In this document: in pieces, positions 46,747-59,543 of the stretch
Numbering within the stretch: position 1 is the stretch's first letter
Layout of the letters: every line of letters starts with the position of its first letter
Assembly (NCBI GenBank): GCA_963840035.1
Contig: CAWIXE010000001.1
Span: forward strand, 992,001-1,056,000
Reading direction: 5' to 3'
From: a candidate division FCPU426 bacterium
GTDB taxonomy: Bacteria; Oederibacteriota; PGYV01; Palsa-1178
DNA length: 64,000 nt
Translations under genes and position numbers: made by a program
Notes under the pieces: generated by a model
The model's database searches: none
What the model saw: only the letters and a program-made list of their open reading frames with translations
Told to the model about the DNA's origin: nothing

Positions 46747-49745
46747 ATGAAAAAAACCCTGTATATACTGATTCTGGCGTTTATTACATCCTTTATTTAT
46801 CCGGCTGCCGTTAATGTGGCCATAGACGCATCTACGGAGCTGCACGCCTATGAGAGGGATATGGCTTTTGGATCAAATGCCCTGGGCGAATGGACCGATT
46901 TTTCCCTGTATAAAAATAACGTATACCGCTTCCAGCAGGCGGGTACCAGGTTTCTGCGTTTTCCCGGCGGATCCAACTCAAATGAATACCACTGGAACGG
47001 CAACGGCAGTTATGACGCTGACAAGGTGTGGCATGTTGACAATAGCCCTTCGCCTGTTACTTTTAAGCGCGGATTTTACAACCTGGCTTTGCACAGGGGT
47101 TCGCTTTCAAAAGGCTATGGCAAGTGGGCCATGGTAACAGACGGCGATTTGACAACAACATGGTCTTCATTTCCGGATGAAACATTTGCCCAGTGGATTT
47201 ATATAGATATCCAGACAGCGTCATACGCAGGGGTTACGGTAAACAAGGCGGTTATAGACTGGGATACGCCCTACGCGGCGCAGTACAAAGTGCAATACTC
47301 CAACGGCAACTGGAACGGCATTGGGCAGTGGATGTACAATGATACCGCATGGACAGATACGTCAGCGGGGATTGTATCCGGCGCGGGCGGGCAGGAAACC
47401 GTAAACTTCAACCCTGTCAGCGCGAAGTATGTCAGGATACTCATGCTGGCGTCTTCAGACGCGCACAACCAGTATGCCATTAAGGAAATAAAACTGTATA
47501 ACGACGCCGTACAGCTTACCAAAAACCAGGCAAACGTGAATCAGTCGCCGTCAGTTTCGTCTTCCGTGGCGCTTGGTGATAAATTTTTTGAGAATGACAC
47601 CATGGATTTCGAACAGTACATATCCATATGCAAGTCCATGACCCCGTCAGCAATTCCCATGATAACGATAAATTTTTATACCGGCACCACGCAGGAGGCC
47701 GCTGACTGGGTCTACTACGCCAACATCCATAAACTGTATGATATAAAATACTGGGAAATAGGAAATGAGAACGCGGGCAACTGGGAAGCGGGCGGGCCGT
47801 GCCTGCCTGAGCGTTACGCGCAGAGGTTCATGGATTTTTATGACGCGATGATTGCCGTGGATAACTCCATAGTCATTGCCCCGCAGTTTAATACCATAAA
47901 TGACCCGGGAAATGTAACCATGACCGCGGGGACCAATAACCCGGGCGCTTCGGATTATTACATAAGGATTTTCCTGCAGTACCTTGCGGACCACGGCCGG
48001 GCTGATATATTAAAAGGGTTATCCGTCCACAGGTATCCGACCTGGATGCCTGCCACAGAAGCTGTACCGCTGGGCATGGTGGATTTGTGGGACGCGGATT
48101 TGCCGCGCGTTAAAACATGGATCAACAGCCTGTGTACTTACCCGGGCAATGTTAAAATATGGCTTACGGAGTATAACGACGGCATAGACAGTGCGTTTAC
48201 AAACCATTTCTCAAATTCGCTTTTTGTGACGTCATTCGTCCTGAATTATCTGAGGAATGGCGGGGATTACACCACTTTTTTCCGGCCTTTTGGGACGCCC
48301 GGCCCGGGCAGCAGGATTTGACAATCTTTTCGGATTTCGGATACCTGGAAGGCGGTTCCTTAAGCGGCGCTTTATCTGATAAAAAGTACCAGCCGCGCGC
48401 CTCTTTTTATGCTTTTGACATGCTTTATAATGATTTTTCAGCGGATGATTCTTTTGGCAACATAATGGTTACAGCGACTGCAAATAATAATTCACTCAAA
48501 GTATATGCGAACAAAAGGGGCGACCGCAAGCTTTCAGTGGCGCTGGTGAACACGGACCAGTCTGTAACAATGACGGCCAATATATCAATTGCTGGTTTCT
48601 CGCCGCTTGGGTCCGCAAATACAGCCGCATATTCCAGGCAGAATTACTCATGGGTGGCAAATGGCGCGCAGTCATATGCCGCACCTGACCTGGAGCCAAA
48701 CCGGGGAAACATGACAGGCGTTACCTCAAACTTTACCCAGGATATTCCGCCATATTCCATAAAGATAATAACCATGTATGATTCTTCGCGGGCCACGCTT
48801 GTGCCATCTTCCACGCCTACCATGCTTCCCACGCTGACATACACTCCTACGGCCATGCCAGTCGGCCGTGTACTGGTGGATGACTGCGAACACCCGACGT
48901 CCGTATACAACATGTGGGGAGGTAAGTGGGAGATTTATGGAGACGGGATTTCGTCATACCCCGCTGTTTTTGAATCAGTTACATGCGACGGTGACGGGGC
49001 AAACGGCTCAAGCTGCCATGTGCGCGTGACAGGGACGGTTGCCACAAGTTCCTGGGGTTTCGGCATCAACTGCCCGCTCAACCCTTCATGGGCCGCCACG
49101 GATGTGTCCATGTATGACGGCGTATTTTTTTATTACAGGGGCGACGGCGGCGCGGCAAGGTTTGCCATGGTACAGACCGACATGTCAGGATCAAATTACG
49201 GGGTTACTTTTACCACCTCGGTTACCTGGCAGTTTTATGAACTGCCGTTTACTTCGCTTACCCATTCCACATTCGGGCCTCCGGGCGGTGTCTGGACAGG
49301 CACGAACGTCCAGGGCATGCAGATTCAGATAAAAGACGGCTGGCCTGTCGGCGGTGAGAGGATACTCGACATGGACTATGTGGGTTTTTATAAAAACACG
49401 TCAACGCCCACGCCTACGCCTACAGCGTATATTTCGCCGACTTCAACGCCCACACTCCCGGCCATGAAAAATCTTGATAAGCTTTACGTTCACCCGTCTT
49501 CATTCAGGAAGGCCGCCGGAGACGAAAAAATATGTTTTTATAACCTTACGGAAAAAGCGACAGTGCAGGTATTTAACATGGCCGGAGAGATAGTGTTTAA
49601 GGAAAGCTCGGATATTGGCGAGGCTGTATGCTGGGATTTAAGCGAGCCCAGGAGGTATAAGAAGATGGCGCCCGGAATTTACATATACGCCGTGACAAAT
49701 GAAAAGGGCGAGAAAAAGACGGGGAAGGTGGCGGTAGTACGGTAA
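46747..49745 (+). CDS. Secreted clan-A-like glycoside hydrolase with inserted discoidin/CBM32-like domain, CBM11/CIA30-like domain and C-terminal sorting-type domain; frameshift near 48270-48312
   Basis: LRFPGGS, YWEIGNE, WLTEYN; DGDLTTTWSS...AKYVRILM insert; ORF 48318-49745 continues the fold and has PT linkers. Confidence 0.75.
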
Positions 49746-49883
49746 TTTTCAATTCTAAATTTTCAATTTTCAATTAAACCAACAACGACAGGCATAATTG
49801 CGCTTGTAATTTGTTATTGGATTGATATAATGTCCTGTAATTTAATTGAAAATTCAAAATAGAAAATTGAAAATGGGGTTTTA

Positions 49884-50246
49884 ATGGATAACGCCGTACT
49901 GACAATAACCCACAGCTATGACGCGGACGACCTGACCATCGGCATACTTAAATTCCAGGGGTTTCTTAATTTTGAGTCATATGATATTGCAAAGATAAAC
50001 ATAAACAGGATGATAGAAGCCGGCATATTTAAGATAGTTATAGATCTGTCTGAGACGGGATATATAAGCTCCAGCGGGTGGGCGGTTTTTATCGGCGCGC
50101 TTGGTACTGTACAGGCCGCAGGCGGGGATATAAGGCTCGCCGGCATGACGGATGAAGTGGCGTTTATTTTTGACGCGCTGGATTTAAAGTATGTTATAAA
50201 GTCTTACGGTCGTATTGAAGCCGCGATAGAGTCGTTTAAAAAATAA
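49884..50246 (+). CDS. STAS domain anti-sigma factor antagonist
   Basis: IVIDLSETGYISSSGW, GGDIRLAG. Confidence 0.88.
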   Translation: MDNAVLTITHSYDADDLTIGILKFQGFLNFESYDIAKININRMIEAGIFKIVIDLSETGYISSSGWAVFIGALGTVQAAGGDIRLAGMTDEVAFIFDALDLKYVIKSYGRIEAAIESFKK

Positions 50247-50279
50247 TCAATAATTATTGACCATTGTCTTTTGATATTT

Positions 50280-50430
50280 GTAGTCGCAGGCCTTCGTTTT
50301 ACCGGCCTGCGCCTATTCGAGCAATTCAAAACCTCAAACCATCGACAGTTCACGCGAGGCTATCTATCGCATTTGCTTGCCGGCAATCCTTCATTTGGCG
50401 CACCCCGATGAAACGAAGGGGTGCGACTAC
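50280..50430. repeat. GTAG REPIN doublet, same family as 3992-4108
   Basis: GTAGTCGCAGGCCTTCGTTTTACCGGCCTGCG...CGCACCCCGATGAAACGAAGGGGTGCGACTAC. Confidence 0.8.
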
Positions 50431-50439
50431 AAAATAATA

Positions 50440-50486
50440 CGTTTCATAATAAAGCAATTTTAAAACGCATGTTTCATATTGAAACA
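50440..50486. promoter_or_regulatory. Putative enhancer-binding-protein sites (UAS)
   Basis: TGTTTCA-TAT-TGAAACA at 50470-50486, with a degenerate copy 30 bp upstream. Confidence 0.5.
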
Positions 50487-50536
50487 AGGCGTAATTATAT
50501 TATCATAAAAAACCCAATAAAATATAGGCCTATTTA

Positions 50537-50552
50537 TGGCACGGCTATTGCT
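50537..50552 (+). promoter_or_regulatory. Sigma54 (-24/-12) promoter of dnaK
   Basis: TGGCACG-GCTA-TTGCT matches TGGCACG-N4-TTGCW. Confidence 0.8.
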
Positions 50553-50610
50553 TATATGATAGCGTGAGCAATATGAGCAATCAAATTGAAATCAAATGGA
50601 GGTGTTTTAT

Positions 50611-52554
50611 ATGGCAAAGGTTATCGGAATCGACTTAGGAACTACAAACTCCTGCGTTGCGGTAATGGAGGGCAAAGAGCCCAAGGTTATCGTAAACTCA
50701 GAAGGCAACAGGACAACCCCGTCTGTTGTAGGTTTTACAAAGACAGGCGAGAGGGTGGTGGGATTGCCGGGAAAAAGGCAGGCAGTTGCAAACCCGGAAC
50801 ACACCATATTCTCCATCAAGAGGTTCATGGGAAGGAAGTACAATGAAGTAACTGAGGAGACAAAGAAGTACCCGTACAAAGTGGCGCCGTCTGATAACGG
50901 GGACGCGCACGTGGAAATTGAGGGAAAGAATTTCAGCCCTCCCGAAGTTTCAGCCATGATACTTGCAAAGCTTAAAACAGACGCTGAAGCTTATCTTGGA
51001 GAAAAAGTTTCACAGGCTGTCATCACCGTGCCGGCTTACTTCAATGACTCACAGAGGCAGGCTACAAAAGACGCCGGAAGGATCGCGGGGCTTGAAGTGC
51101 TGCGTATTATCAATGAACCCACAGCCGCTTCACTGGCATACGGGCTCGACAAAAAGAAAAACGAAAAGATAGCCGTATATGACTTGGGAGGCGGTACCTT
51201 CGATATTTCCATACTGGAAATAGGCGACGGAGTATTTGAAGTAAAGTCGACAAACGGAGACACGCACTTAGGCGGCGATGATTATGACCAGCGCCTCATG
51301 GACTGGCTCGCCGAGGAATTCAAAAAGACCGAAGGCATAGACCTGCGCAAGGACAGGGTGGCTTTACAGAGGCTCAAAGAAGCGGCTGAAAAAGCGAAGA
51401 TTGAGCTTTCTTCAACCATGCAGACAGAGATAAATATGCCCTTCATCACGGCGGACGCGAACGGGCCCAAGCACCTTGTGGTAAACCTGACAAGGGCTAA
51501 GATGGAACAGATAGTTGCAGACCTGACAGACCGTACCATAGAACCGTGCAAAAAGGCCATAGCCGATTCAGGCATAAAGATGTCGGAAATTGATGAAGTT
51601 GTGCTTGTCGGCGGCATGACCAGAATGCCTTCAGTTGTCGAAGCGGTAAAGAAACTTTTCGGCAAGGAACCGCATAAGGGCGTAAACCCGGATGAAGTCG
51701 TGGCCATAGGCGCGGCCATACAGGCCGGAGTCCTGCAGGGAGAAGTTACGGACGTACTCCTGCTTGACGTAACCCCGCTTTCGCTCGGAATCGAAACCCT
51801 CGGCCAGGTATTTACAAAGCTGATCGAAAGGAATACGACCATCCCGACAAAGAAATCGGAAATATTCTCAACAGCCTCGGACAACCAGACAAGCGTCGAG
51901 ATACACGTGCTCCAGGGAGAGCGTTCCATGGCGCGCGAGAACAAGACCATCGGCAGGTTCCATTTGGACGGCATACCGCCGGCGCCAAGAGGCGTGCCGC
52001 AGGTTGAGGTCACATTTGACATAGACGCCAACGGAATACTCCACGTCCAGGCAAAAGACATGGCCACGGGCAGGGAACAGAAAATCACCATCACCGCGTC
52101 CTCGGGACTCTCAAAGGACGAAATAGATAAGATAGTAAAGGAAGCGGAAAAACACAGCGACGAGGACAAAAAGAAAAGGGAAGAGATTGACACGCGCAAT
52201 CAGGCGGAAAGCCTCGTGTACCAGGCTGAAAAGACTTTAAAAGAAGTCGGCGACAAAGTCCCTGAAGCGGATAAGAAAGAACTTCAGGAGCAGGCTGATA
52301 AGTTAAAGGAACTGAGCAAAAACAACGCTTCGCTTGAAGACCTGAAAAAGCAGATGGACGTTCTCACGGAAAAGTGGCATAAAGTATCAACAGCCATGTA
52401 CCAGAACGCGCAGGGAGCAAAAGGCGCACAGCCCGGCCCTGAAGGCGCGCCGGGAGCGGGACCTAATCCGGGAGCCGGAAAGAAAAACGGCGACGACGTA
52501 GTGGATGCCGAGTATGAGGTAGTTGACGAGGACAAAAAGAAGAAAAAGGATTGA
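50611..52554 (+). CDS. dnaK: Molecular chaperone DnaK
   Basis: [32 protein letters not shown] tail. Confidence 0.99.
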   Translation: MAKVIGIDLGTTNSCVAVMEGKEPKVIVNSEGNRTTPSVVGFTKTGERVVGLPGKRQAVANPEHTIFSIKRFMGRKYNEVTEETKKYPYKVAPSDNGDAHVEIEGKNFSPPEVSAMILAKLKTDAEAYLGEKVSQAVITVPAYFNDSQRQATKDAGRIAGLEVLRIINEPTAASLAYGLDKKKNEKIAVYDLGGGTFDISILEIGDGVFEVKSTNGDTHLGGDDYDQRLMDWLAEEFKKTEGIDLRKDRVALQRLKEAAEKAKIELSSTMQTEINMPFITADANGPKHLVVNLTRAKMEQIVADLTDRTIEPCKKAIADSGIKMSEIDEVVLVGGMTRMPSVVEAVKKLFGKEPHKGVNPDEVVAIGAAIQAGVLQGEVTDVLLLDVTPLSLGIETLGQVFTKLIERNTTIPTKKSEIFSTASDNQTSVEIHVLQGERSMARENKTIGRFHLDGIPPAPRGVPQVEVTFDIDANGILHVQAKDMATGREQKITITASSGLSKDEIDKIVKEAEKHSDEDKKKREEIDTRNQAESLVYQAEKTLKEVGDKVPEADKKELQEQADKLKELSKNNASLEDLKKQMDVLTEKWHKVSTAMYQNAQGAKGAQPGPEGAPGAGPNPGAGKKNGDDVVDAEYEVVDEDKKKKKD

Positions 52555-52682
52555 CGATAGCGGATTGAAGATTGCGGATTAATAGGCATAAAGCGCTTAT
52601 TAATCCGCAATCAAATATCAACAATCTTCAATTACAAAGGAAATAGGAACAAAAAAATAGCACAAAAGGAGGCAACAGAAGT

Positions 52683-52964
52683 ATGAACTTAAAACCGCTC
52701 GGAGACAATGTAGTCGTAAAACCGCTCAAGGAAGAAACCGTTAAGGGTGGCATCATCATTCCTGACACGGCAACTGAAAGGACTGAAAAAGGGGAAGTAA
52801 TCGCAGTAGGAACGGGCAAACTCCTCGAGAACGGCACGCGCAAAGCCATTGAACTCAAAGTAGGGGATAAAGTGCTTTATTCCTATTCAAGGAAGGAATT
52901 AAAGATCGACGGGCAGGAACTGGTTATCGTAAGCGAGGAAGACGTTTTAGCAATAATTCAGTAA
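52683..52964 (+). CDS. groES: Co-chaperonin GroES
   Basis: LKPLGDNVVV, GGIIIPDTA, GEVIAVG. Confidence 0.97.
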   Translation: MNLKPLGDNVVVKPLKEETVKGGIIIPDTATERTEKGEVIAVGTGKLLENGTRKAIELKVGDKVLYSYSRKELKIDGQELVIVSEEDVLAIIQ

Positions 52965-53015
52965 AATTACCAATTACTAATTATAAATGACTAATAAAGG
53001 GCGTATCCCATTTAG

Positions 53016-54695
<1,680 letters not shown>

Positions 54696-54740
54696 AATTT
54701 TCAATTCTAAATTTTCGATTTTCAATTAAATACTGCGGGC

Positions 54741-54772
54741 AAAAGGGGCGCGTGATGAGCGCGCCCCTTTTT
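54741..54772 (+). terminator. Intrinsic terminator, potentially bidirectional
   Basis: AAAAGGGGCGCG-TGATGAG-CGCGCCCCTTTTT. Confidence 0.8.
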
Positions 54773-54904
54773 AAAGAATTTAGTGTTAAAATAGGGGAAC
54801 AAAAAAAAGAGTCAAATCGTCTAAATTAAGGTCACTGGAATTATAAGATCTTTAAAGGAAGGGTTTTCAATTGAAAATATAAAATTGAAAATTCAAGGTG
54901 TCAT

Positions 54905-56077
54905 ATGCCCATAAAAGACTACTACAAGATACTCGGCGTGACGGAAAAAGCCGGGCCGGATGAGATTAAAAAAGCCTACCGGAACCTTGCCAAAAAATAC
55001 CATCCCGACACAAACCCGGGCAATAAAGAAGCCGAGGAAAAATTCAAGGAAGCAAATGAAGCCAACGAGACATTGTCCGACAAGGATAAGCGGGCTAAGT
55101 ATGACCAGATAAAGGACGCGCAGGCGCGCGGATTTGATTTTTCCCAGCACGCCGGAGGCGGCAATCCCAGGGGTTATTCCACGAACGGTAGTTTTGACTT
55201 TGGGGATTTGTTCGGGGATTTTTTTTCCGGGCGCGGAAATAAAGGCCAGGCAGGCGGAGCCGGCGGTTTTGAGGACATATTTGACATGTTCTCAAACCAG
55301 GGCGCAAGGCGCGGCTATACGCAGGAAGCTTACGAGGAAGAAGGCCGCGGCGAAAAGGGACAGGATATAACCGTAAGGATAGAGATACCCTTTACCCTCG
55401 CTATGGAAGGCGGGGAGACCATAATAAAAGTGCCGCGCGCCGTGGATTGCCAGCGCTGCAGGGGCACGGGCGCTGAACCGGGCGCGAAAGTGGAGCAGTG
55501 TCACGCGTGCGGCGGCGAAGGCACCATGCATTTTTCCCAGGGCGGATTCATGATTAACAAGACATGCCCCGCGTGCGGGGGAAAAGGCACAATCATACAT
55601 GACCGCTGCAAAGAGTGCGGCGGCTCAGGCGAAAAAGAGGAAACAAGGAAGATAAGGATACACATACCCTCAGGCGCGGCCGAAGGGGATAAGATAAGGG
55701 TAAAAAACGAAGGCAACATGCGTTCATGGAACAGGGAGCGCGGCGACCTTTACGTGGTATTTAAAGTTGAAAAGAGCGCTGTTTACGACAGGCGCGGCGA
55801 TGACCTGTACATGACAATAAAAATAAACCCTGCGCTGGCCGTGCTGGGCGGGGCTGTTGACGTGCCCACTCCCGAAGGACATGTGAACCTGAAGATACCG
55901 GCAGGGAGCCAGCACGGGACGCTGATGAAAATGGGCGGCCACGGGGCCATGAACATAAAGACGGGAAAAAAAGGAAATTTCTACGTAAAGGTAGAAATAG
56001 AGATGCCAAGAGCGGCGACACCTGAAGAAAAAGAAATAATGGGAAAATGGGCGAAAATAAGAAAATGGAATATATAA
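54905..56077 (+). CDS. dnaJ: Molecular chaperone DnaJ
   Basis: J domain with HPD, G/F region, four CxxCxGxG repeats. Confidence 0.95.
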   Translation: MPIKDYYKILGVTEKAGPDEIKKAYRNLAKKYHPDTNPGNKEAEEKFKEANEANETLSDKDKRAKYDQIKDAQARGFDFSQHAGGGNPRGYSTNGSFDFGDLFGDFFSGRGNKGQAGGAGGFEDIFDMFSNQGARRGYTQEAYEEEGRGEKGQDITVRIEIPFTLAMEGGETIIKVPRAVDCQRCRGTGAEPGAKVEQCHACGGEGTMHFSQGGFMINKTCPACGGKGTIIHDRCKECGGSGEKEETRKIRIHIPSGAAEGDKIRVKNEGNMRSWNRERGDLYVVFKVEKSAVYDRRGDDLYMTIKINPALAVLGGAVDVPTPEGHVNLKIPAGSQHGTLMKMGGHGAMNIKTGKKGNFYVKVEIEMPRAATPEEKEIMGKWAKIRKWNI

Positions 56078-56123
56078 GTAAGAAGTAATAAACCGGAAGT
56101 ATTGATGGAAAGAAAAAAAACTG

Positions 56124-56237
56124 GTAGCCGCAGCCTTTAGGCTGCGAAAGGCCGGTATTGAAACCAAGCAAAGTCCTGCCTTGCGCAACCTGATCCGTCT
56201 TCGCTGAAGCTTCGGCGGACATGGAGGTTGCGGCTAC
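56124..56237. repeat. GTAG REPIN doublet with a 31-nt insertion in the right arm
   Basis: GTAGCCGCAGCCTTTAGGCTGCG...CGCAACCTGA[insert]AGGTTGCGGCTAC. Confidence 0.75.
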
Positions 56238-56259
56238 CAAATTCAACGGAGGTTGACGC

Positions 56260-57195
56260 ATGATTGAGTTAAAAAACGTCACAAAACGTTTCGGAAACAA
56301 GACCGCTGTTGACGACATATCTTTTGAGGTTAAAAAAGGGGAAATCATCGGGTTTCTCGGGCCTAACGCGGCCGGCAAAACCACTACCATGAGGATCATT
56401 ACCGGGTTCTTCACGCCCGCGCAGGGAAGCGTTACTGTCGCAGGCATAGACGTGCTTAAAGATCCACAGAAGGCAAAGGAAAAAATAGGCTATATGCCCG
56501 AGAACGTTCCTTTATATAAGGAAATGGAAGTCACGTCATACCTGAATTTTATTGCCGGGATAAAAGGGGTAAAAAAAGATGAAATAGCGGGCAGGGTTGC
56601 AAAGTCAATAATGCAGACCGGCCTTGAAGGCGTAAAGAATTCAATAATAGCCAAGCTCTCCAAAGGCTACAAGCAGAGGGTGGGGCTGGCGCAGGCTATC
56701 ATAAACGACCCTGAAGTGCTGGTCTTAGACGAGCCCACAGTCGGGCTTGATCCCAAGCAGATAAGGGAAATAAGGGAACTTATAAAGAACATGCGCGGCG
56801 AGCGTACCATAATACTTTCCACGCACATTCTTCCCGAGGTGGCAATGACCTGCGACCGGGTCATAGTCATAAACAACGGCAGGATCGTGGCGCAGGACGA
56901 GGTCAAGAACCTGACAAACCAGAAAGCCGCGAACATATACCTTGAAGTGGAAGCGCCGAAAACCCAGGTCATTTCCGAGTTAAAAAAGATAAAGGGAGTA
57001 GCCGATGTCAGGGAGGAAACAAAGGTCGATGACGGCGTGTACTCCTACGTGATTTCCACCGAAGGGGAAAAGGACATACGGCGCGAGATAGTGGCGAAGC
57101 TCGCCAAAAACGACTGGGGCCTGCTTGAGTTTAAGCGGCAGCAGGTATCGCTTGAGGATGTCTTTTTAAAGCTTGTGACAAAGGAGGAGCTCTGA
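56260..57195 (+). CDS. ABC-2 exporter ATP-binding protein (GldA-like)
   Basis: GPNAAGKTT, LSKGYKQRVG, LDEPT, STH. Confidence 0.92.
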   Translation: MIELKNVTKRFGNKTAVDDISFEVKKGEIIGFLGPNAAGKTTTMRIITGFFTPAQGSVTVAGIDVLKDPQKAKEKIGYMPENVPLYKEMEVTSYLNFIAGIKGVKKDEIAGRVAKSIMQTGLEGVKNSIIAKLSKGYKQRVGLAQAIINDPEVLVLDEPTVGLDPKQIREIRELIKNMRGERTIILSTHILPEVAMTCDRVIVINNGRIVAQDEVKNLTNQKAANIYLEVEAPKTQVISELKKIKGVADVREETKVDDGVYSYVISTEGEKDIRREIVAKLAKNDWGLLEFKRQQVSLEDVFLKLVTKEEL

Positions 57196-57196
57196 T

Positions 57197-57973
57197 ATGA
57201 ATTCAAAATTTTCCGCACTGTATAAAAAGGAACTCGCAATATTTTTCTCCATGCCCATTGCCTACGCGCTGCTTGCGGTGTTTGTGGCGCTCTCCGGCTA
57301 TTTTTTCTCAAGTATTGCCAATTATTACGCCATGGTATCCATGCAGGCTATGAGCCAGTACAACAGGGGCTCCATAGATTTAAATATCCTGCAGGGAATC
57401 TTCAGGCCGTATTTCAGCAATATGGTGGTTATTTTAATGCTGATGGTTCCGATCATCACCATGAGGGTCTTTGCGGAGGAAAAAAGGGAAGGCACTTCAG
57501 AGCTTCTTTTCACCTATCCTGTTTCAGACCTGACAATAGTCAGCGCAAAGTTCCTGGCGGCATATACGGTATTTGGCGTGATGATATCAGGGGCGTTAAG
57601 TTCCTTCATAATACTCCGGTTCTCGACGCCTTTTGAATTAGGCCCTGTGCTTGCCGGTTTTCTCGGGATGCTTCTTCTGGGGGCCGCTTTCCTGATGCTC
57701 GGAATTTTCATTTCATCCATGACGGAGAGCCAGATAGTGGCCGCGGTAATATCCTTTGGGGCGCTCCTGTTTTTCATGGTGCTGCCGTGGGCGTCGCAGT
57801 CGGTCAGCCCGTTCTGGGCAAAGGTAATAAACAACTTATCAATAGTGACGCACTTTGACAGTTTTTCAAAGGGCGTCCTTGACACCGCGGATATAACATT
57901 CCTTTTAAGTTTTTTCGCGGTATTCTTTTTCCTGACCTTACGGGTCCTGGAATCAAAACAGTGGAGGGGATAA
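57197..57973 (+). CDS. ABC-2 permease (GldF-like)
   Basis: ITMRVFAEEKREGTSELLFTYP, six TMs. Confidence 0.88.
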   Translation: MNSKFSALYKKELAIFFSMPIAYALLAVFVALSGYFFSSIANYYAMVSMQAMSQYNRGSIDLNILQGIFRPYFSNMVVILMLMVPIITMRVFAEEKREGTSELLFTYPVSDLTIVSAKFLAAYTVFGVMISGALSSFIILRFSTPFELGPVLAGFLGMLLLGAAFLMLGIFISSMTESQIVAAVISFGALLFFMVLPWASQSVSPFWAKVINNLSIVTHFDSFSKGVLDTADITFLLSFFAVFFFLTLRVLESKQWRG

Positions 57974-57974
57974 T

Positions 57975-59543
57975 ATGAAAAATGAAAAAATTATGAATTT
58001 TATCCTCGGCGCCGGGATAGCGCTGGTAATAATCTCGGCGGCCACCGCGTTATTAATCGGGGAATTCAACCTGGCGGCAATCATAATGGCCGCGCTGGGT
58101 TTGGCGGGGATTGGTTTATATATTGCCGTGAATTTCAATAAAGTGAAAACAATAGCGTCAAATAAAGGGGCAAGACAGGGCACAGGAACTGTTGTGTACT
58201 CGGTTATAGTCATTTCAATCATAGTTCTATTGCAGTCCATACTGCTTACGCATTCCGCGAAATGGGACCTTACAAAGAATAAAAAGTATACGCTGTCAGA
58301 ACAGACCAAAAAGGTCCTAAAGAATATGAAGGCGGATGTGGAGGCGTATTACTTCTTCTCAGTTAAGGCGCAGAACCCTAATATTACGGATATTATGGAG
58401 CAGTATTCCAAACAGTCGGGAAAATTTAAATATCAGGCGGTGGATGCCGACAGAAATCCGTCTATTTCCGCGAGGTTCAAGGCTGACAGGTACGGTATAG
58501 TAGTTCTATACAGGAAAGACAACAATACACAGGAAAAAATAGACTTGCTCTCCGAAGAAGGGCTGACAAACGGGCTTATCAGGATAACCAGGGACAGCAG
58601 AAAGAAAATATATTTTACAAAGGGCCACGGGGAACCTTCGCTCGATGCTCCCATGAACGACAAGACAGGCTACAGCGCCATTAAGCAGGAGCTGGAGTCC
58701 TATAATTATCAGGTAGCAGCGGTGGAGCTTTTTACAAACGCCGCGGGAGTACCGGCTGACTGCGCGGTGCTGGTAATAGGCGGGCCGCAGACAGATCTTT
58801 TTGACCCGGAAGCGGCAATGATAAATAAATATATGGCATCAGGCGGAAAGGTAATTGTGTTTGAAGGCCCCATGGTAAGGCTGCCGAAGCTGGATGCCAT
58901 GCTGGCAGCGAAAGGGATTATTCCGCAGAATGACATAGTTGTGGATAAGATGGGAAAGATGTTCGGCGGGGATCCGCTGATGCCCATTATAAACACATAC
59001 GGCGTGCATGATATAGTTAACCCGCTCAGGGCGGCGGCTTTCATGCCCAACTGCAGGACCTTCGCGCAGAAAAACAATATCGCCGGCATAAAACTTACTG
59101 AACTGGCCATGACAAACCCGGGAAGCTGGGGCGAGACTGATATAGCCTCTGTCAGGAAAGGTGAAGTAAGCCAGACAGGGTCGGATTTAAAGGCGCCGCT
59201 TCCGGCAGCGATTGTTTCACAGGCGGATTACTCCGCGTATATTGAGCCCGGAGCAACGGCCAAACCCGGTATTATTTCCGAGGTTGTTGTTTTCGGCAGT
59301 TCTGATTTTATAAATAATACATTCCTTGGCGCGTCCGCGAATAAAGACCTGGTATTGAACGCTTTTAATTACATGGCAGGCCAGGGCGATACGATATCCA
59401 TAAAGCCAAAAGACCCTTCATTTGAGCCTCTTTTTCTTTCCAAGATGGGGGGGAGGATGCTTTTTATAATCCCGGTAATTTTTCTGCCGCTTTTATGCGT
59501 AAGCCTCGGGATACTTGTTTTTGTGAGGAGGAGGCGGTCATGA
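57975..59543 (+). CDS. GldG-like ABC accessory protein
   Basis: WDLTKNKKYTLS, IYFTKGHGE, C-terminal TM followed by RRRR. Confidence 0.85.
   Translation: MKNEKIMNFILGAGIALVIISAATALLIGEFNLAAIIMAALGLAGIGLYIAVNFNKVKTIASNKGARQGTGTVVYSVIVISIIVLLQSILLTHSAKWDLTKNKKYTLSEQTKKVLKNMKADVEAYYFFSVKAQNPNITDIMEQYSKQSGKFKYQAVDADRNPSISARFKADRYGIVVLYRKDNNTQEKIDLLSEEGLTNGLIRITRDSRKKIYFTKGHGEPSLDAPMNDKTGYSAIKQELESYNYQVAAVELFTNAAGVPADCAVLVIGGPQTDLFDPEAAMINKYMASGGKVIVFEGPMVRLPKLDAMLAAKGIIPQNDIVVDKMGKMFGGDPLMPIINTYGVHDIVNPLRAAAFMPNCRTFAQKNNIAGIKLTELAMTNPGSWGETDIASVRKGEVSQTGSDLKAPLPAAIVSQADYSAYIEPGATAKPGIISEVVVFGSSDFINNTFLGASANKDLVLNAFNYMAGQGDTISIKPKDPSFEPLFLSKMGGRMLFIIPVIFLPLLCVSLGILVFVRRRRS

Noticed and set aside
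51282..52199. 305-aa minus-strand ORF
   Set aside because: Antisense to dnaK, a common artefact of codon bias.
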